Positions 24,828-32,000 of a DNA stretch of 32,000 nucleotides are shown here, one piece after another (position 1 is the first letter of the stretch; every line of letters starts with the position of its first letter). The notes under the pieces are model-generated. The model was not told the origin of the DNA, made no database searches, and was given only the letters and a program-made list of their open reading frames with translations. Source of the DNA: Candidatus Saccharimonadota bacterium (lineage in GTDB: Bacteria; Patescibacteriota; Gracilibacteria; UBA4473); NCBI GenBank assembly GCA_965228485.1, contig OZ245819.1:510001-542000 (forward strand). The letters run 5' to 3'. The translations under genes were made by a program, and so were the position numbers.

Positions 24828-26030
24828 ATGAAAAAGATTGCGATCATCGGAGCTGGTCCTGCTGGAATATTTAGCACCCTATTACTTAAGGATTTTGATG
24901 GTGAAGTGCACCTCTTCGAACAAAATCGAGATATTGGTGAAAAACTTAAAACCACTGGAGGAGGAAGAATGAATGTTACGAACCACAATTTCAGTGTAGA
25001 TGAATTTAGTAGTTGTTCACAAAATTTACTCAAAAAAATATTTAAGAATCCCCATATAAATAATCGTCATTTTATTTTTGAAAAACTTGGTATCCAGTAT
25101 CAATGGGAGAAAAACCGAGCCATTCTCGCTTCTCAAAACGCTGTGGAAGAAGTCTCTCGCCTCAAAAAAGCAATTCTCAATCAGCCAAATGTCACTCTAA
25201 ACCTGGAACACAAAGCCATCGAGATCACCTCTCAGAAATCTATAAAATTCCAGACAACAAATCAGACTAAGACTGATACCTTTGATATCATTATCCTTTC
25301 TGGCGGGGGGATGTATCGAATGTTTGATCTTGGGGAAACACAAAAAATTTATAACCTCCCATTACAACTTGGACATTCTATTACCGAAGTAAATCCTTCC
25401 CTCTCTCCCCTCGTTTTTACAGACAAAAAACTCCGTGAACTCAAAGGGATTAGTGTTGAAGGAAGACTTACCGATACTCAAAATAAACGTTTCGTAGAAG
25501 ATGATATCCTGATTACTCACTTCGGACTCTCTGGGCCTGCAGTTCTTGATTTTTCAGCTATACGGGAAAGTGAAAAAGTAGAATGCTGTTTTACGACCGA
25601 AATTAAGGAACACGAATTCCGAGAACAAATTAATAATCTCCGTCAGGGAAAAAACTTTCTGAGAACCTTTTTGAAAAAATTCTTCTCACAAAGACTTACT
25701 GACTTTTTTCTTGAAAAATCAGACTTAGAAAAAGACATTCTGATTGCCGACCTCCCAAAAGCAAAATTACACGATCTTATTCAGACCATATTCCACTATC
25801 CTATACCAAAGTTTCAGTCGAAAAATTACCCTTCTAGCTGGACGACCAAAGGCGGGGTTAAGCTTGAAGAAATTCAAACCGCCACCCTAGAATCTAAAAT
25901 TATTCCTGATATTTATTTCACGGGAGAAATCTTAGATATCAATGGTTTGTGCGGAGGCTACAATATCTCTTGGGCGGCAATTAGCGCTCAGATTGTGGTG
26001 GATGGGATTATCACAAACTATTCTTCATGA
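24828..26030 (+). CDS. HI0933/YhiN-family NAD(P)/FAD-dependent oxidoreductase
   Basis: Motifs KIAIIGAGPAGIF, TTGGGRMNVTN, and C-terminal TKGGVKLEEI...IYFTGEILDINGLCGGYNISWAAISA. Confidence 0.8.
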   Translation: MKKIAIIGAGPAGIFSTLLLKDFDGEVHLFEQNRDIGEKLKTTGGGRMNVTNHNFSVDEFSSCSQNLLKKIFKNPHINNRHFIFEKLGIQYQWEKNRAILASQNAVEEVSRLKKAILNQPNVTLNLEHKAIEITSQKSIKFQTTNQTKTDTFDIIILSGGGMYRMFDLGETQKIYNLPLQLGHSITEVNPSLSPLVFTDKKLRELKGISVEGRLTDTQNKRFVEDDILITHFGLSGPAVLDFSAIRESEKVECCFTTEIKEHEFREQINNLRQGKNFLRTFLKKFFSQRLTDFFLEKSDLEKDILIADLPKAKLHDLIQTIFHYPIPKFQSKNYPSSWTTKGGVKLEEIQTATLESKIIPDIYFTGEILDINGLCGGYNISWAAISAQIVVDGIITNYSS

Positions 26031-27756
26031 CCGCTCCAGTATCGGCAGAAGTTACGAGTGTCGCATAACGTCCAAGCCAGCCCTTAGTAATCTTCGGTTC
26101 AAACTCAGGAAGCGCTTCCATCCGTGTATAGATTTCTTCGGTTGTCAGATCGACGTCTAGAGTTCTTTTGTAAACATCCATTTTGATATGATCCCCCGTT
26201 TCTACAATTGCAAAAGGCCCACCCGCGGCCGCTTCAGGAGAAATATGTCCAACAGACAATCCTCGACTTCCTCCACTAAATCGACCGTCGGTAATAAGCG
26301 CAGCCTTGATTTTTCGTCCTTTAATAGCTGCCGTTGGAGCGAGCATTTCTTGCATTCCAGGCCCTCCTTTTGGCCCTTCATATTTAAGCACGACCACGTC
26401 TCCATCAAACACTTCTCCATTCAAGATTCCATGAAGCGCTTCTTCTTGAGAATGGAACACTTTGGCCGTTCCTTCAAAAACTTTCATATCTTCGTCCACT
26501 CCAGCCGTTTTTACAACCGCACCCTTTGGAGCAATGTTTCCAAAAAGAACGGCTAGTCCCCCTTCTTCAGAGAAAACTTCATCCCCAGTTCGAATAATAT
26601 CACCATCGGCTGCTGGAGCGTTCATCACATAATCATGGAGCGTTCCCCAGATAGTTGGGAGATCAAGATTTAGTGGTGATCGACCATCTTCGTGAACCGC
26701 TTTCAAAATCGCCGCAATTCCTCCACAAGCATGTACATCTTCTACATGAACATCTGGTCGAGATGGTGAAACTTTACACACATTTGGTGTAATTTTTGAA
26801 AGTTCATTCAGTCTTTCTAGGTCGTATTTTACACCCGCTTCATGAGCTAAAGCCAGAGTATGCAAAATAGTATTGGTTGACCCTCCCATAGCCAAATCTA
26901 GAACAAAAGCATTGTCTAGAGATTCTTGCGTTACGATATCACAAGGACGAATATTGTTGTCTAAAACCCTTTCTACCGCGTCAGGAACTCGATCAAAAAG
27001 TTCTTCTCGTTCAGGGTTAATCTGCCATGTTTGAGCTTCTTTATCCGTCCAGGCTGCCGCTGGAATCGATCCATTCCCAGGAAGCGCTAACCCAATAGCC
27101 TCAGCTAAACAATTCATTGAATTGGCCGTAAACATCCCTGAACAAGACCCACAGGTTCGACAAGACTGAGAAGCAATTTTTTCCAGTCGTTGTTCTGTAA
27201 TTTCTCCTGCAGAATGAGCCCCCACTCCTTCAAAAACGGTCACCAAGTCTGACTTTTCTTTTCCAGATAACATCGGTCCACCAGAAACATACACCGAAGG
27301 AATATTTAAACGCACCATGGCATTTAACATCCCTGGAACAATCTTGTCACAGTTACCAATCCCCACCCAAGCATCACATGGATGAGCTCCCATCATAGTT
27401 TCAATTTGATCGGTGATAAGTTCCCTAGAAGCCAGAGAATATTTCATTCCAAAATGCCCCATCGCGATCCCATCATCAACCGCTCCTCCAATATTACAAT
27501 ACCAGACATTATACCCCTTGGCTTTGAGACCTTTTACGAGTCTTTCCCCAAGTTTATCTAGATGCGCATGCCCTGGAATATGCGTAGTAAATGAATTTAC
27601 AACCGTAATAAAAGGTTTCTTTCGATCAGAGATTTTATCAATAACCCCTGCTGCCATCATAAGACTCGCGGCTGGGAGCATATGAGCGCCTTCGGCTACA
27701 ATTCGAGAACCTCTTCCATGAATTTTTTCATAACCTTCATTTATTGGATCGTGCAT
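26011..27756 (-). CDS. ilvD: Dihydroxy-acid dehydratase
   Basis: Full-length IlvD/Edd-family match across 581 aa: NSFTTHIPGHAHL, GNCDKIVPGMLNAM, YVSGGPM, SCGSCSGMFTANSMNCL, GGSTNTILH, ITDGRFSGGSRG. Confidence 0.95.
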   Translation of the reverse strand: MHDPINEGYEKIHGRGSRIVAEGAHMLPAASLMMAAGVIDKISDRKKPFITVVNSFTTHIPGHAHLDKLGERLVKGLKAKGYNVWYCNIGGAVDDGIAMGHFGMKYSLASRELITDQIETMMGAHPCDAWVGIGNCDKIVPGMLNAMVRLNIPSVYVSGGPMLSGKEKSDLVTVFEGVGAHSAGEITEQRLEKIASQSCRTCGSCSGMFTANSMNCLAEAIGLALPGNGSIPAAAWTDKEAQTWQINPEREELFDRVPDAVERVLDNNIRPCDIVTQESLDNAFVLDLAMGGSTNTILHTLALAHEAGVKYDLERLNELSKITPNVCKVSPSRPDVHVEDVHACGGIAAILKAVHEDGRSPLNLDLPTIWGTLHDYVMNAPAADGDIIRTGDEVFSEEGGLAVLFGNIAPKGAVVKTAGVDEDMKVFEGTAKVFHSQEEALHGILNGEVFDGDVVVLKYEGPKGGPGMQEMLAPTAAIKGRKIKAALITDGRFSGGSRGLSVGHISPEAAAGGPFAIVETGDHIKMDVYKRTLDVDLTTEEIYTRMEALPEFEPKITKGWLGRYATLVTSADTGAVMKNSL

Positions 27757-27809
27757 AACTTTTTATTTAAAACATTAGAAATGTACTATTTAGTGGAATT
27801 AATACAAGA

Positions 27810-27838
27810 TTGACTAATCAAATAAAGCGTACTATCAA
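27810..27838 (+). promoter_or_regulatory. Weak sigma70-like promoter facing the GC-rich gap
   Basis: TTGACT (27810-27815), a 17-nt spacer, then TATCAA (27833-27838). The -10 box lacks the final T, so this is tentative. Confidence 0.3.
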
Positions 27839-27928
27839 TGTTAGTATTCTAGGATAAAAGTAAGCCATAACACTTAGCTTCTATCCTGAGCCATATTCTT
27901 TGACAGACCAATCTAACACAAAGCTTCA

Positions 27929-28412
27929 GGTCACCAGTGAGAGATATCCGATCTCTGACTAGTGATCTGCGGCAACGCTATCACTCCCGAGCTGTAAAAG
28001 CAGCAAGGTCCTAATCAGAGGCAAAGAGCAAATGAAACTACTTGTTGTTGGAAAGAAAATCCATCTTCCAGAAGGATGCCAGTCTACCTGCGCGAAATCC
28101 GCTGCAGAGGCTCGTCGAATTCTAGGCAGAAGGAAGTTCGATATGGTGGTGATATATCGGGTCAAAAACCCATACTTATCCGCCCATAATCTGAAAGATC
28201 TCACTGGAGACCGGATGATTGTCATCGTCCGAGGCAAAAAACTACCCGCTACTCTCCAGGGACAAATCTTTCAGGCGGCTGTTGCCGACCGAACTCGTTC
28301 TATTCCAACCATAGTCCAAGAAGCACTCGGCCCAACGCCATCAAAAGAAGTGCCCATCAACTGGTAAACTAGAAGAAGGGAGTCCGGCAAACGTGTTAGT
28401 TTGGTCGGTCTC
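27929..28412 (+). ncRNA. Candidate structured RNA of unknown class (alternative to the ORF below)
   Basis: About 50-55% GC in a genome whose membrane-protein genes fall to about 25%. ORFs are open on both strands. A 13/14-complementary inverted repeat lies at 27929-27942 / 28199-28212. A hairpin with a GCAA tetraloop lies at 27961-27985. Several further helices use G-U pairs valid only in the plus sense. No known RNA family matched by eye. Confidence 0.3.
28032..28367 (+). CDS. Hypothetical 111-aa protein (possible degenerate CheY-like fold); alternative to the ncRNA call
   Basis: ATG is preceded by GAGG 10 nt upstream. MKLLVVGKK / FDMVVIY / MIVIVRG / AAVAD resemble receiver-domain beta strands without the acidic pocket. 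Third-position GC is about 48%, atypical for this window, and a 92-aa ORF lies antisense. Confidence 0.35.
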   Translation: MKLLVVGKKIHLPEGCQSTCAKSAAEARRILGRRKFDMVVIYRVKNPYLSAHNLKDLTGDRMIVIVRGKKLPATLQGQIFQAAVADRTRSIPTIVQEALGPTPSKEVPINW

Positions 28413-28414
28413 TC

Positions 28415-29041
28415 TTAAAATTCTTGACCAAAGCGTTCACGCCAAATCATATCTTTCACGGCTTTTCGAGGTAACTGTGTTTTTTCTTTATCTGGAATCC
28501 CCTTCCCTATGGCTACGAGTAAAATAATCATCCGATCATCTGGAATTTGTAAGTACTCAGTCAATTTTGGCTGAGAAAGTCCCATCATTGGACAGGTTTG
28601 ATAGCCTAAAGCCTCCGCCACATAAAGGAGTGTTCCCGCTGCAAAACTCGCATTTCGCAAGGCCATCTGCCTTAGCCGTCCCTCTTGTCTTGGTTTAGTA
28701 AAAGTATTTTTATAAACAGGTACTTGTTCTGGCGTACAGTATCCATACTTCACCCAATCTTCCAAAAGAGCATCTGCATTTCTTCCTATATTCTTATCGC
28801 CTACGACCAAAATCGCATTTCCCGCTTCAACGATTTGAGTTTGGTTAAAAGCAATTTCTCCAATTTCTTTTATTCGTTCATCATCCTGAATGAGAATAAA
28901 TTCCCATGGCTGAGCATTATACCCAGACGGAGCAAATCGAGTATATTCAATAATTTCAAGAAACTGCTCATCGGTCAGCTTAAAACCTGATTCAAAATGA
29001 TGAACCGCACGTCGTTTTTTTACGAGTTCTAAAAAATCCAT
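28415..29041 (-). CDS. Nitroreductase-family NAD(P)H:FMN oxidoreductase
   Basis: Motifs KKRRAVHHF and PSGYNAQPWEFILI, and the family layout across 208 aa. Confidence 0.85.
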   Translation of the reverse strand: MDFLELVKKRRAVHHFESGFKLTDEQFLEIIEYTRFAPSGYNAQPWEFILIQDDERIKEIGEIAFNQTQIVEAGNAILVVGDKNIGRNADALLEDWVKYGYCTPEQVPVYKNTFTKPRQEGRLRQMALRNASFAAGTLLYVAEALGYQTCPMMGLSQPKLTEYLQIPDDRMIILLVAIGKGIPDKEKTQLPRKAVKDMIWRERFGQEF

Positions 29042-29099
29042 GCCTCAATCCTACTTATAATTATGTAGGACTATAAATTTTTTTGGTTCACCCGAACTT

Positions 29100-29630
29100 T
29101 TACTCTTCAGGAATAAATTCTAATGCCGCTCCATTCAGACAATACCTAAGCCCTGTTGGCTCTGGCCCATCAGTAAAAACATGCCCCAGATGCTCTCCAC
29201 ATTTTGAAAGTACTTCCGTTCGTTTCCAGCCAAATTTATTATCTTCCTTAAGAACAATATTGTCTTTATCAAGGACTTCATAAAAACTTGGCCATCCAGT
29301 ACCAGAATCATATTTATGTTCTGAAGTAAAAACAGGGATTCCACAAGATTTTGTTACAAATATGCCTTTTCTTTTTTCGTCATTCAAAGGGCTTGTTCCC
29401 GCTCTCTCAGTCCCGGCTTGCCACATAACTTTATACTCAAGCTCAGATAATCCTGAAGTCAACCAAACGTCCTTTGGAATGGTTGTTTTGTCTTCAGTCA
29501 TTTCGATAATTTTTTGAGCTTCGGCCTTATTCATGACGCTGTTATAATTATTTGTAGTAGAAACCTCTTTCCCCCCTTCACATCCCATAACCATTAAACC
29601 GAGTAATAAACATAAAAGTTTTTTCATCAT
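29100..29630 (-). CDS. msrB: Peptide-methionine (R)-S-oxide reductase MsrB, lipoprotein form
   Basis: Lipobox LMVMGC. SelR motifs GTGWPSF, HLGHVFTDGP and RYCLNGAALEF. Confidence 0.9.
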   Translation of the reverse strand: MMKKLLCLLLGLMVMGCEGGKEVSTTNNYNSVMNKAEAQKIIEMTEDKTTIPKDVWLTSGLSELEYKVMWQAGTERAGTSPLNDEKRKGIFVTKSCGIPVFTSEHKYDSGTGWPSFYEVLDKDNIVLKEDNKFGWKRTEVLSKCGEHLGHVFTDGPEPTGLRYCLNGAALEFIPEE

Positions 29631-29644
29631 TGACTAGTTAAATC

Positions 29645-30373
29645 TTATTTCTGTTTTTCATCAACTAAATTCTGTTCAAGCTGAGTAATACCAAACCATC
29701 CCTGATCGATAATCCAAGCCTCAAATTTTTTATCCAATCCCCAAATAATAGAAGCCCCTACAATCAGAAATAATACTCCCAGACTTTTCTTAAACCAACC
29801 ATGTGGATTTGCAGCACCTTTTAATTTTCCCATAAATTTTTGACCTGTAACCGCAATAAAAAACATTACGGCCGCTAACCCCAAAGCATAGATCACAAGA
29901 TTTATAAATCCCCAGAAAAAACTTTGAGGCAGTACGGTTCCTAGAATCAAAAAGTATGTTGGGCTACAAGAGGCAAAGACTGGACCTAATGCCATCCCAA
30001 TTAGAACCATACCCAGCAGCCCTTTATGTTGAGCGCTCTTACCCAAGAATTTTTGAGATGATCCTCCAAAATTAAACTTCACTGATATTTTTTCCCATAA
30101 ATGAGGCAGTAAGAGTGTAAACCCAAAAAAGATAACAATCACACCAGAAAACCATTTCCAGAAGTCTGGATGAATCGTAATGAATGCTGTACTTACTTTT
30201 AAAAGCAAAGTGAACAACACAATTGAAAAAGCTAAACTTAAAGTAATCACCAAAGGTCTAATCGGACTTTTATCGGCTAAACTTCCTCCAATAATCACTG
30301 GCAAGAGAGGCAAAACACAAGGCGCTAAAACCGTCAAAACTCCAGCAAGAAACGATAACCACAAATATTCCAT
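29645..30373 (-). CDS. ccdA: CcdA/DsbD-family thiol-disulfide electron transporter
   Basis: Six-TM protein with the two membrane-embedded Cys motifs VLAPCVLPLLP and FASCSPTYF. Confidence 0.85.
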   Translation of the reverse strand: MEYLWLSFLAGVLTVLAPCVLPLLPVIIGGSLADKSPIRPLVITLSLAFSIVLFTLLLKVSTAFITIHPDFWKWFSGVIVIFFGFTLLLPHLWEKISVKFNFGGSSQKFLGKSAQHKGLLGMVLIGMALGPVFASCSPTYFLILGTVLPQSFFWGFINLVIYALGLAAVMFFIAVTGQKFMGKLKGAANPHGWFKKSLGVLFLIVGASIIWGLDKKFEAWIIDQGWFGITQLEQNLVDEKQK

Positions 30374-30450
30374 AAGGCAAAAAAATTAATATCAACTTTT
30401 ATATCTTACTCAAAAAACCTTCAACTACCTAAAACCTTATGTCGCTCAAG

Positions 30451-31137
30451 CTACCGTTGGAACCTCCCAAAGAAGGTAATTAAACTGTCCACATCTGGAT
30501 TCGGTGCTTGCCCCATTACTTCTCCCATAGGACTAAAGTATAAAGCCGTTCCCGTACCATCCACCTGGTAATCTTCTACAAATTTTGAGGCTTTATCAAT
30601 ATCGGCTTTTAAAATTAGAGCATTAACAAAGGCAAGCTTATCAGCGTTATTTCTTAAAGTTTCATCCCATTGGTCACACACCGTACATCCCTCACTACTG
30701 AAATAGATAACCATTGGTCGAATTCCATAAAGCTCATCAAAAGTTTCTTGTAAAAAATCTCGATAGTCAAGCCCAACATCATTAGCCCCCATCTCATCTC
30801 GATAAGTGGCATCAGAAATTCGACGTACTTTCACTCGAGCCGCTTGATCTGCTTCTGTTTCCTGAGCAATAACCTCTTCTTCTGTTTTCGCCTCCAACAT
30901 TTCATCCGCATCTCCCTCATCAACAACCTCTACAAAAGTTTCTACCTCTTCCACTGGAATCGCCTTAACCGCTTCTTCAAACTCGTCTTCAAGATTTGTT
31001 TCTGGTTCTTCTGGAGCCACTGGCTCCTCTGGTACTTCAACAACTGGCTCTTCTGGAACGACTGGTACTTCTGGATCTTTTCCAAAACATCCCATTAAAA
31101 GAATTAACAACGAAAACAGAACCCAAAACTTAGACAT
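30451..31137 (-). CDS. Thioredoxin-fold lipoprotein with an acidic Pro/Glu/Val-rich linker
   Basis: The track ORF starts at TTG 31146. ATG 31137 gives MSKFWVLFSLLILLMGC (lipobox LMGC). CTVC active site. The C-terminal fold aligns with the 24211-24741 product (LILKADxD, ...FF ending). Confidence 0.8.
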   Translation of the reverse strand: MSKFWVLFSLLILLMGCFGKDPEVPVVPEEPVVEVPEEPVAPEEPETNLEDEFEEAVKAIPVEEVETFVEVVDEGDADEMLEAKTEEEVIAQETEADQAARVKVRRISDATYRDEMGANDVGLDYRDFLQETFDELYGIRPMVIYFSSEGCTVCDQWDETLRNNADKLAFVNALILKADIDKASKFVEDYQVDGTGTALYFSPMGEVMGQAPNPDVDSLITFFGRFQR

Positions 31138-31226
31138 TGAAAACAAAATTTATAAATCCTTAATATTCTATTAATTCTACCGAATATAAACAACATTTTG
31201 TTTTCAAAGCGACAAAAACCAATACT

Positions 31227-32000
31227 ATGCCCAAGATTATGGAAGCAATAGCACAACACTATCAGACCGTTGTCCAGGGAGTAAAGACTCACTTTATCCG
31301 TATAGGAAAAGGTAAAAATACAATTGTGTTTTTACATGGTTGGGGAGGATCAACTAATAGTTTTTTTGAACTCGCTTTAGAACTTTTTAAAAAACGTCCC
31401 GATCTTGATATTATTCTTCTAGACTACCCTGGATTCGGACTTACAGGAAATCCTGAATCAGAAGGCTGGACCACTCATCAATATGCTGATTGGATGCAAG
31501 AATTCTGTGATGAACTCAACCTCAAAAAACCTCATTTTTATGTTCATTCTTTTGGTGGACGAGTTTTAGTCAGAGCTCTTCTTAAAAATCCTAATCTAGG
31601 GGGAAAATTAGTATTTACTGGAGCTGCAGGAATCAAATGGCCTCTAACTTTTAGAGAAAAATGTTCTTTTTTTATTAGCAAAAGATCCTCAAAAGCAAAA
31701 AAAGCTCTTCCTCAAAAATTACAAAAATTCATTATCACCAAAATTTTTGGCGCTCGTGATTGGGGAGCCGTAGCACCAGACCTTAAAAACACACTCAAAA
31801 AAGTAGTAGAAGAGGAAGATTTCAGAGACCAACTTCCCAATATTAAAAATCAAAGCCTTATTTTCTGGGGAGCTAACGACACAATTACACCTCTAAAATC
31901 TGGAAAGGTATATGCCGAAAAACTTCCAAACAATGAACTTGTTGTTTTCGAATCAGGACGACACGGAATTCATTACACCCATAAACAAGCGATAATTGAT
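31227..32000 (+). CDS. Alpha/beta-fold hydrolase (3' end runs off the right edge)
   Basis: Absent from the ORF track because it has no stop in the window. ATG 31227 gives MPKIMEAIAQHY... Motifs FLHGWGGS, nucleophile elbow VHSFGG and ESGRHGIH near the end. It is open for all 258 codons. Confidence 0.8.
   Translation, partial: MPKIMEAIAQHYQTVVQGVKTHFIRIGKGKNTIVFLHGWGGSTNSFFELALELFKKRPDLDIILLDYPGFGLTGNPESEGWTTHQYADWMQEFCDELNLKKPHFYVHSFGGRVLVRALLKNPNLGGKLVFTGAAGIKWPLTFREKCSFFISKRSSKAKKALPQKLQKFIITKIFGARDWGAVAPDLKNTLKKVVEEEDFRDQLPNIKNQSLIFWGANDTITPLKSGKVYAEKLPNNELVVFESGRHGIHYTHKQAIID

Noticed and set aside
27851-27887. Imperfect hairpin in the ilvD upstream region: AGGATA...TATCCT with an inner stem that pairs best on the minus strand. 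Considered as an attenuator or leader.
   Set aside because: No U-run follows on either strand, I found no leader peptide rich in Ile/Val/Leu codons, and a single hairpin in AT-rich DNA is weak evidence. Worth re-examining only with transcript mapping.
28090-28160. tmRNA on the minus strand. AGAAUUCGACGAGCC...GGAUUUCGCGCAGG resembles the tmRNA 5' GGAUUCGACGGGAUUUGCGAAACC, and CACCACCA lies just upstream, which prompted the permuted two-piece idea.
   Set aside because: There is no GGGG acceptor 5' strand, no G3-U70-compatible acceptor stem, no canonical T-loop, and no tag reading frame ending in a hydrophobic ...AA-stop. The G-U evidence also favours the plus strand.
27929-28212. MITE or IS remnant bounded by the 14-nt inverted repeat.
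   Set aside because: The flanks show no target-site duplication (aagcttca on the left, ggatgatt on the right). There is no second copy of the repeat in the window and no transposase. It cannot be excluded without a genome-wide repeat search.
28190-28275. Riboswitch-like blocks. The minus strand has GGAGAGUAGCG (like the yybP-ykoY GGGGAGUAGC block). The plus strand has CUGGAGACCGG (like the B12 box) and GCGAAAUCCGC. The minus strand has CUGGUGACC (T-box-like).
   Set aside because: Each is a single short block. The partner conserved elements are missing: UUGACAUA..AGACC for yybP-ykoY, GCCACUG for cobalamin, and stem I/specifier/terminator for a T-box. No appropriate regulated gene (Mn exporter, B12 gene, aaRS) lies downstream.
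27929-28414. RNase P RNA in the GC-rich gap. GGGAGTCCGGC at 28378-28388 resembles CR-I (GAGGAAAGUCCGGGC), and CAGCAAGGTCCTAATCAGAGG at 28001-28021 resembles CR-III.
   Set aside because: The motifs are in the wrong order: the CR-I-like block lies 3' of the CR-III-like block and about 30 nt from the nitroreductase stop. I found no CR-V (ACAGAAnCCGGCUUA) and no GGUAAGAGC block. A P4 pairing cannot be built.
1724-31292. Antisense or nested ORFs in the track: 44-226, 834-1091, 1724-2707 (set), 3845-4198, 4879-5076, 5509-5751, 7283-7892 (set), 10189-10587, 11274-11459, 12273-12932, 13665-14218, 14355-14543, 15999-16181, 17719-17928, 18756-19016, 20645-21223, 21959-22261, 22381-23230, 24719-25033, 25942-26556, 27413-27685, 28685-28990, 29083-29344, 30180-30389, 30844-31292.
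   Set aside because: Each lies inside, or antisense to, a longer ORF with recognisable family motifs or signal peptides. Their products are low-complexity or Cys/Ser/Phe-rich shadow-frame translations. None has its own promoter or RBS evidence.
1-32000. Alternative genetic code (UGA recoding, as in some uncultivated lineages).
   Set aside because: TGA terminates ilvD (26011-26013) and the flavoprotein gene (26028-26030) at the expected family lengths. All conserved genes are intact under the standard code.
1-32000. CRISPR arrays, tandem repeats, tRNA/rRNA genes, integrases/transposases, toxin-antitoxin pairs.
   Set aside because: I saw no regularly spaced direct repeats and no cloverleaf-compatible T-arm (GTTCGAATC-type) in any intergenic region. 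No ORF carries recombinase, transposase or typical TA motifs. Intergenic space is too small elsewhere to hide such elements.

Overview
AT-rich, very tightly packed bacterial window. I support about 31 protein genes, plus two low-confidence ORF calls (10922-11077, 28032-28367). No rRNA, tRNA, CRISPR array, transposase or integrase was recognised. Standard genetic code: TGA ends ilvD and the upstream flavoprotein gene, and the long ORFs are intact. All family calls are by-eye motif recognition; no database search was run.

Two edge-truncated genes are missing from the ORF track: a large secreted protein (1-1318, minus) and an alpha/beta hydrolase (31227-32000, plus).

Content by region:
- Left 5 kb, minus strand: a block of signal-peptide proteins of unknown function.
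- Minus-strand operon: dGTPase-like HD protein, a 734-aa acidic orphan, a fused prephenate dehydrogenase/prephenate dehydratase, and a 156-aa orphan.
- Translationally coupled lemA-lgt-dsbA-like-yggU-rsmA operon.
- Membrane protein, secreted protein and rRNA m5C methyltransferase operon.
- TrxR/AhpF-like flavoprotein that has lost its CxxC.
- Cysteine-rich lipoprotein with Kazal-like and Kunitz/BPTI-like modules.
- DUF1622-like protein, a CPA2 antiporter and a Met-rich thioredoxin-like lipoprotein.
- HI0933-type flavoprotein, ilvD and a nitroreductase.
- Extracytoplasmic Trx-like/CcdA/MsrB operon.

Frequent lipoboxes, Lgt and no recognisable outer-membrane machinery suggest a monoderm, possibly reduced (CPR-like) organism. 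This is inference only.

The least explained locus is the 658-nt gap at 27757-28414, whose right two-thirds is GC-rich. It could be a structured RNA or an orphan gene; I could not assign it. I found no recognisable defence or mobile system.
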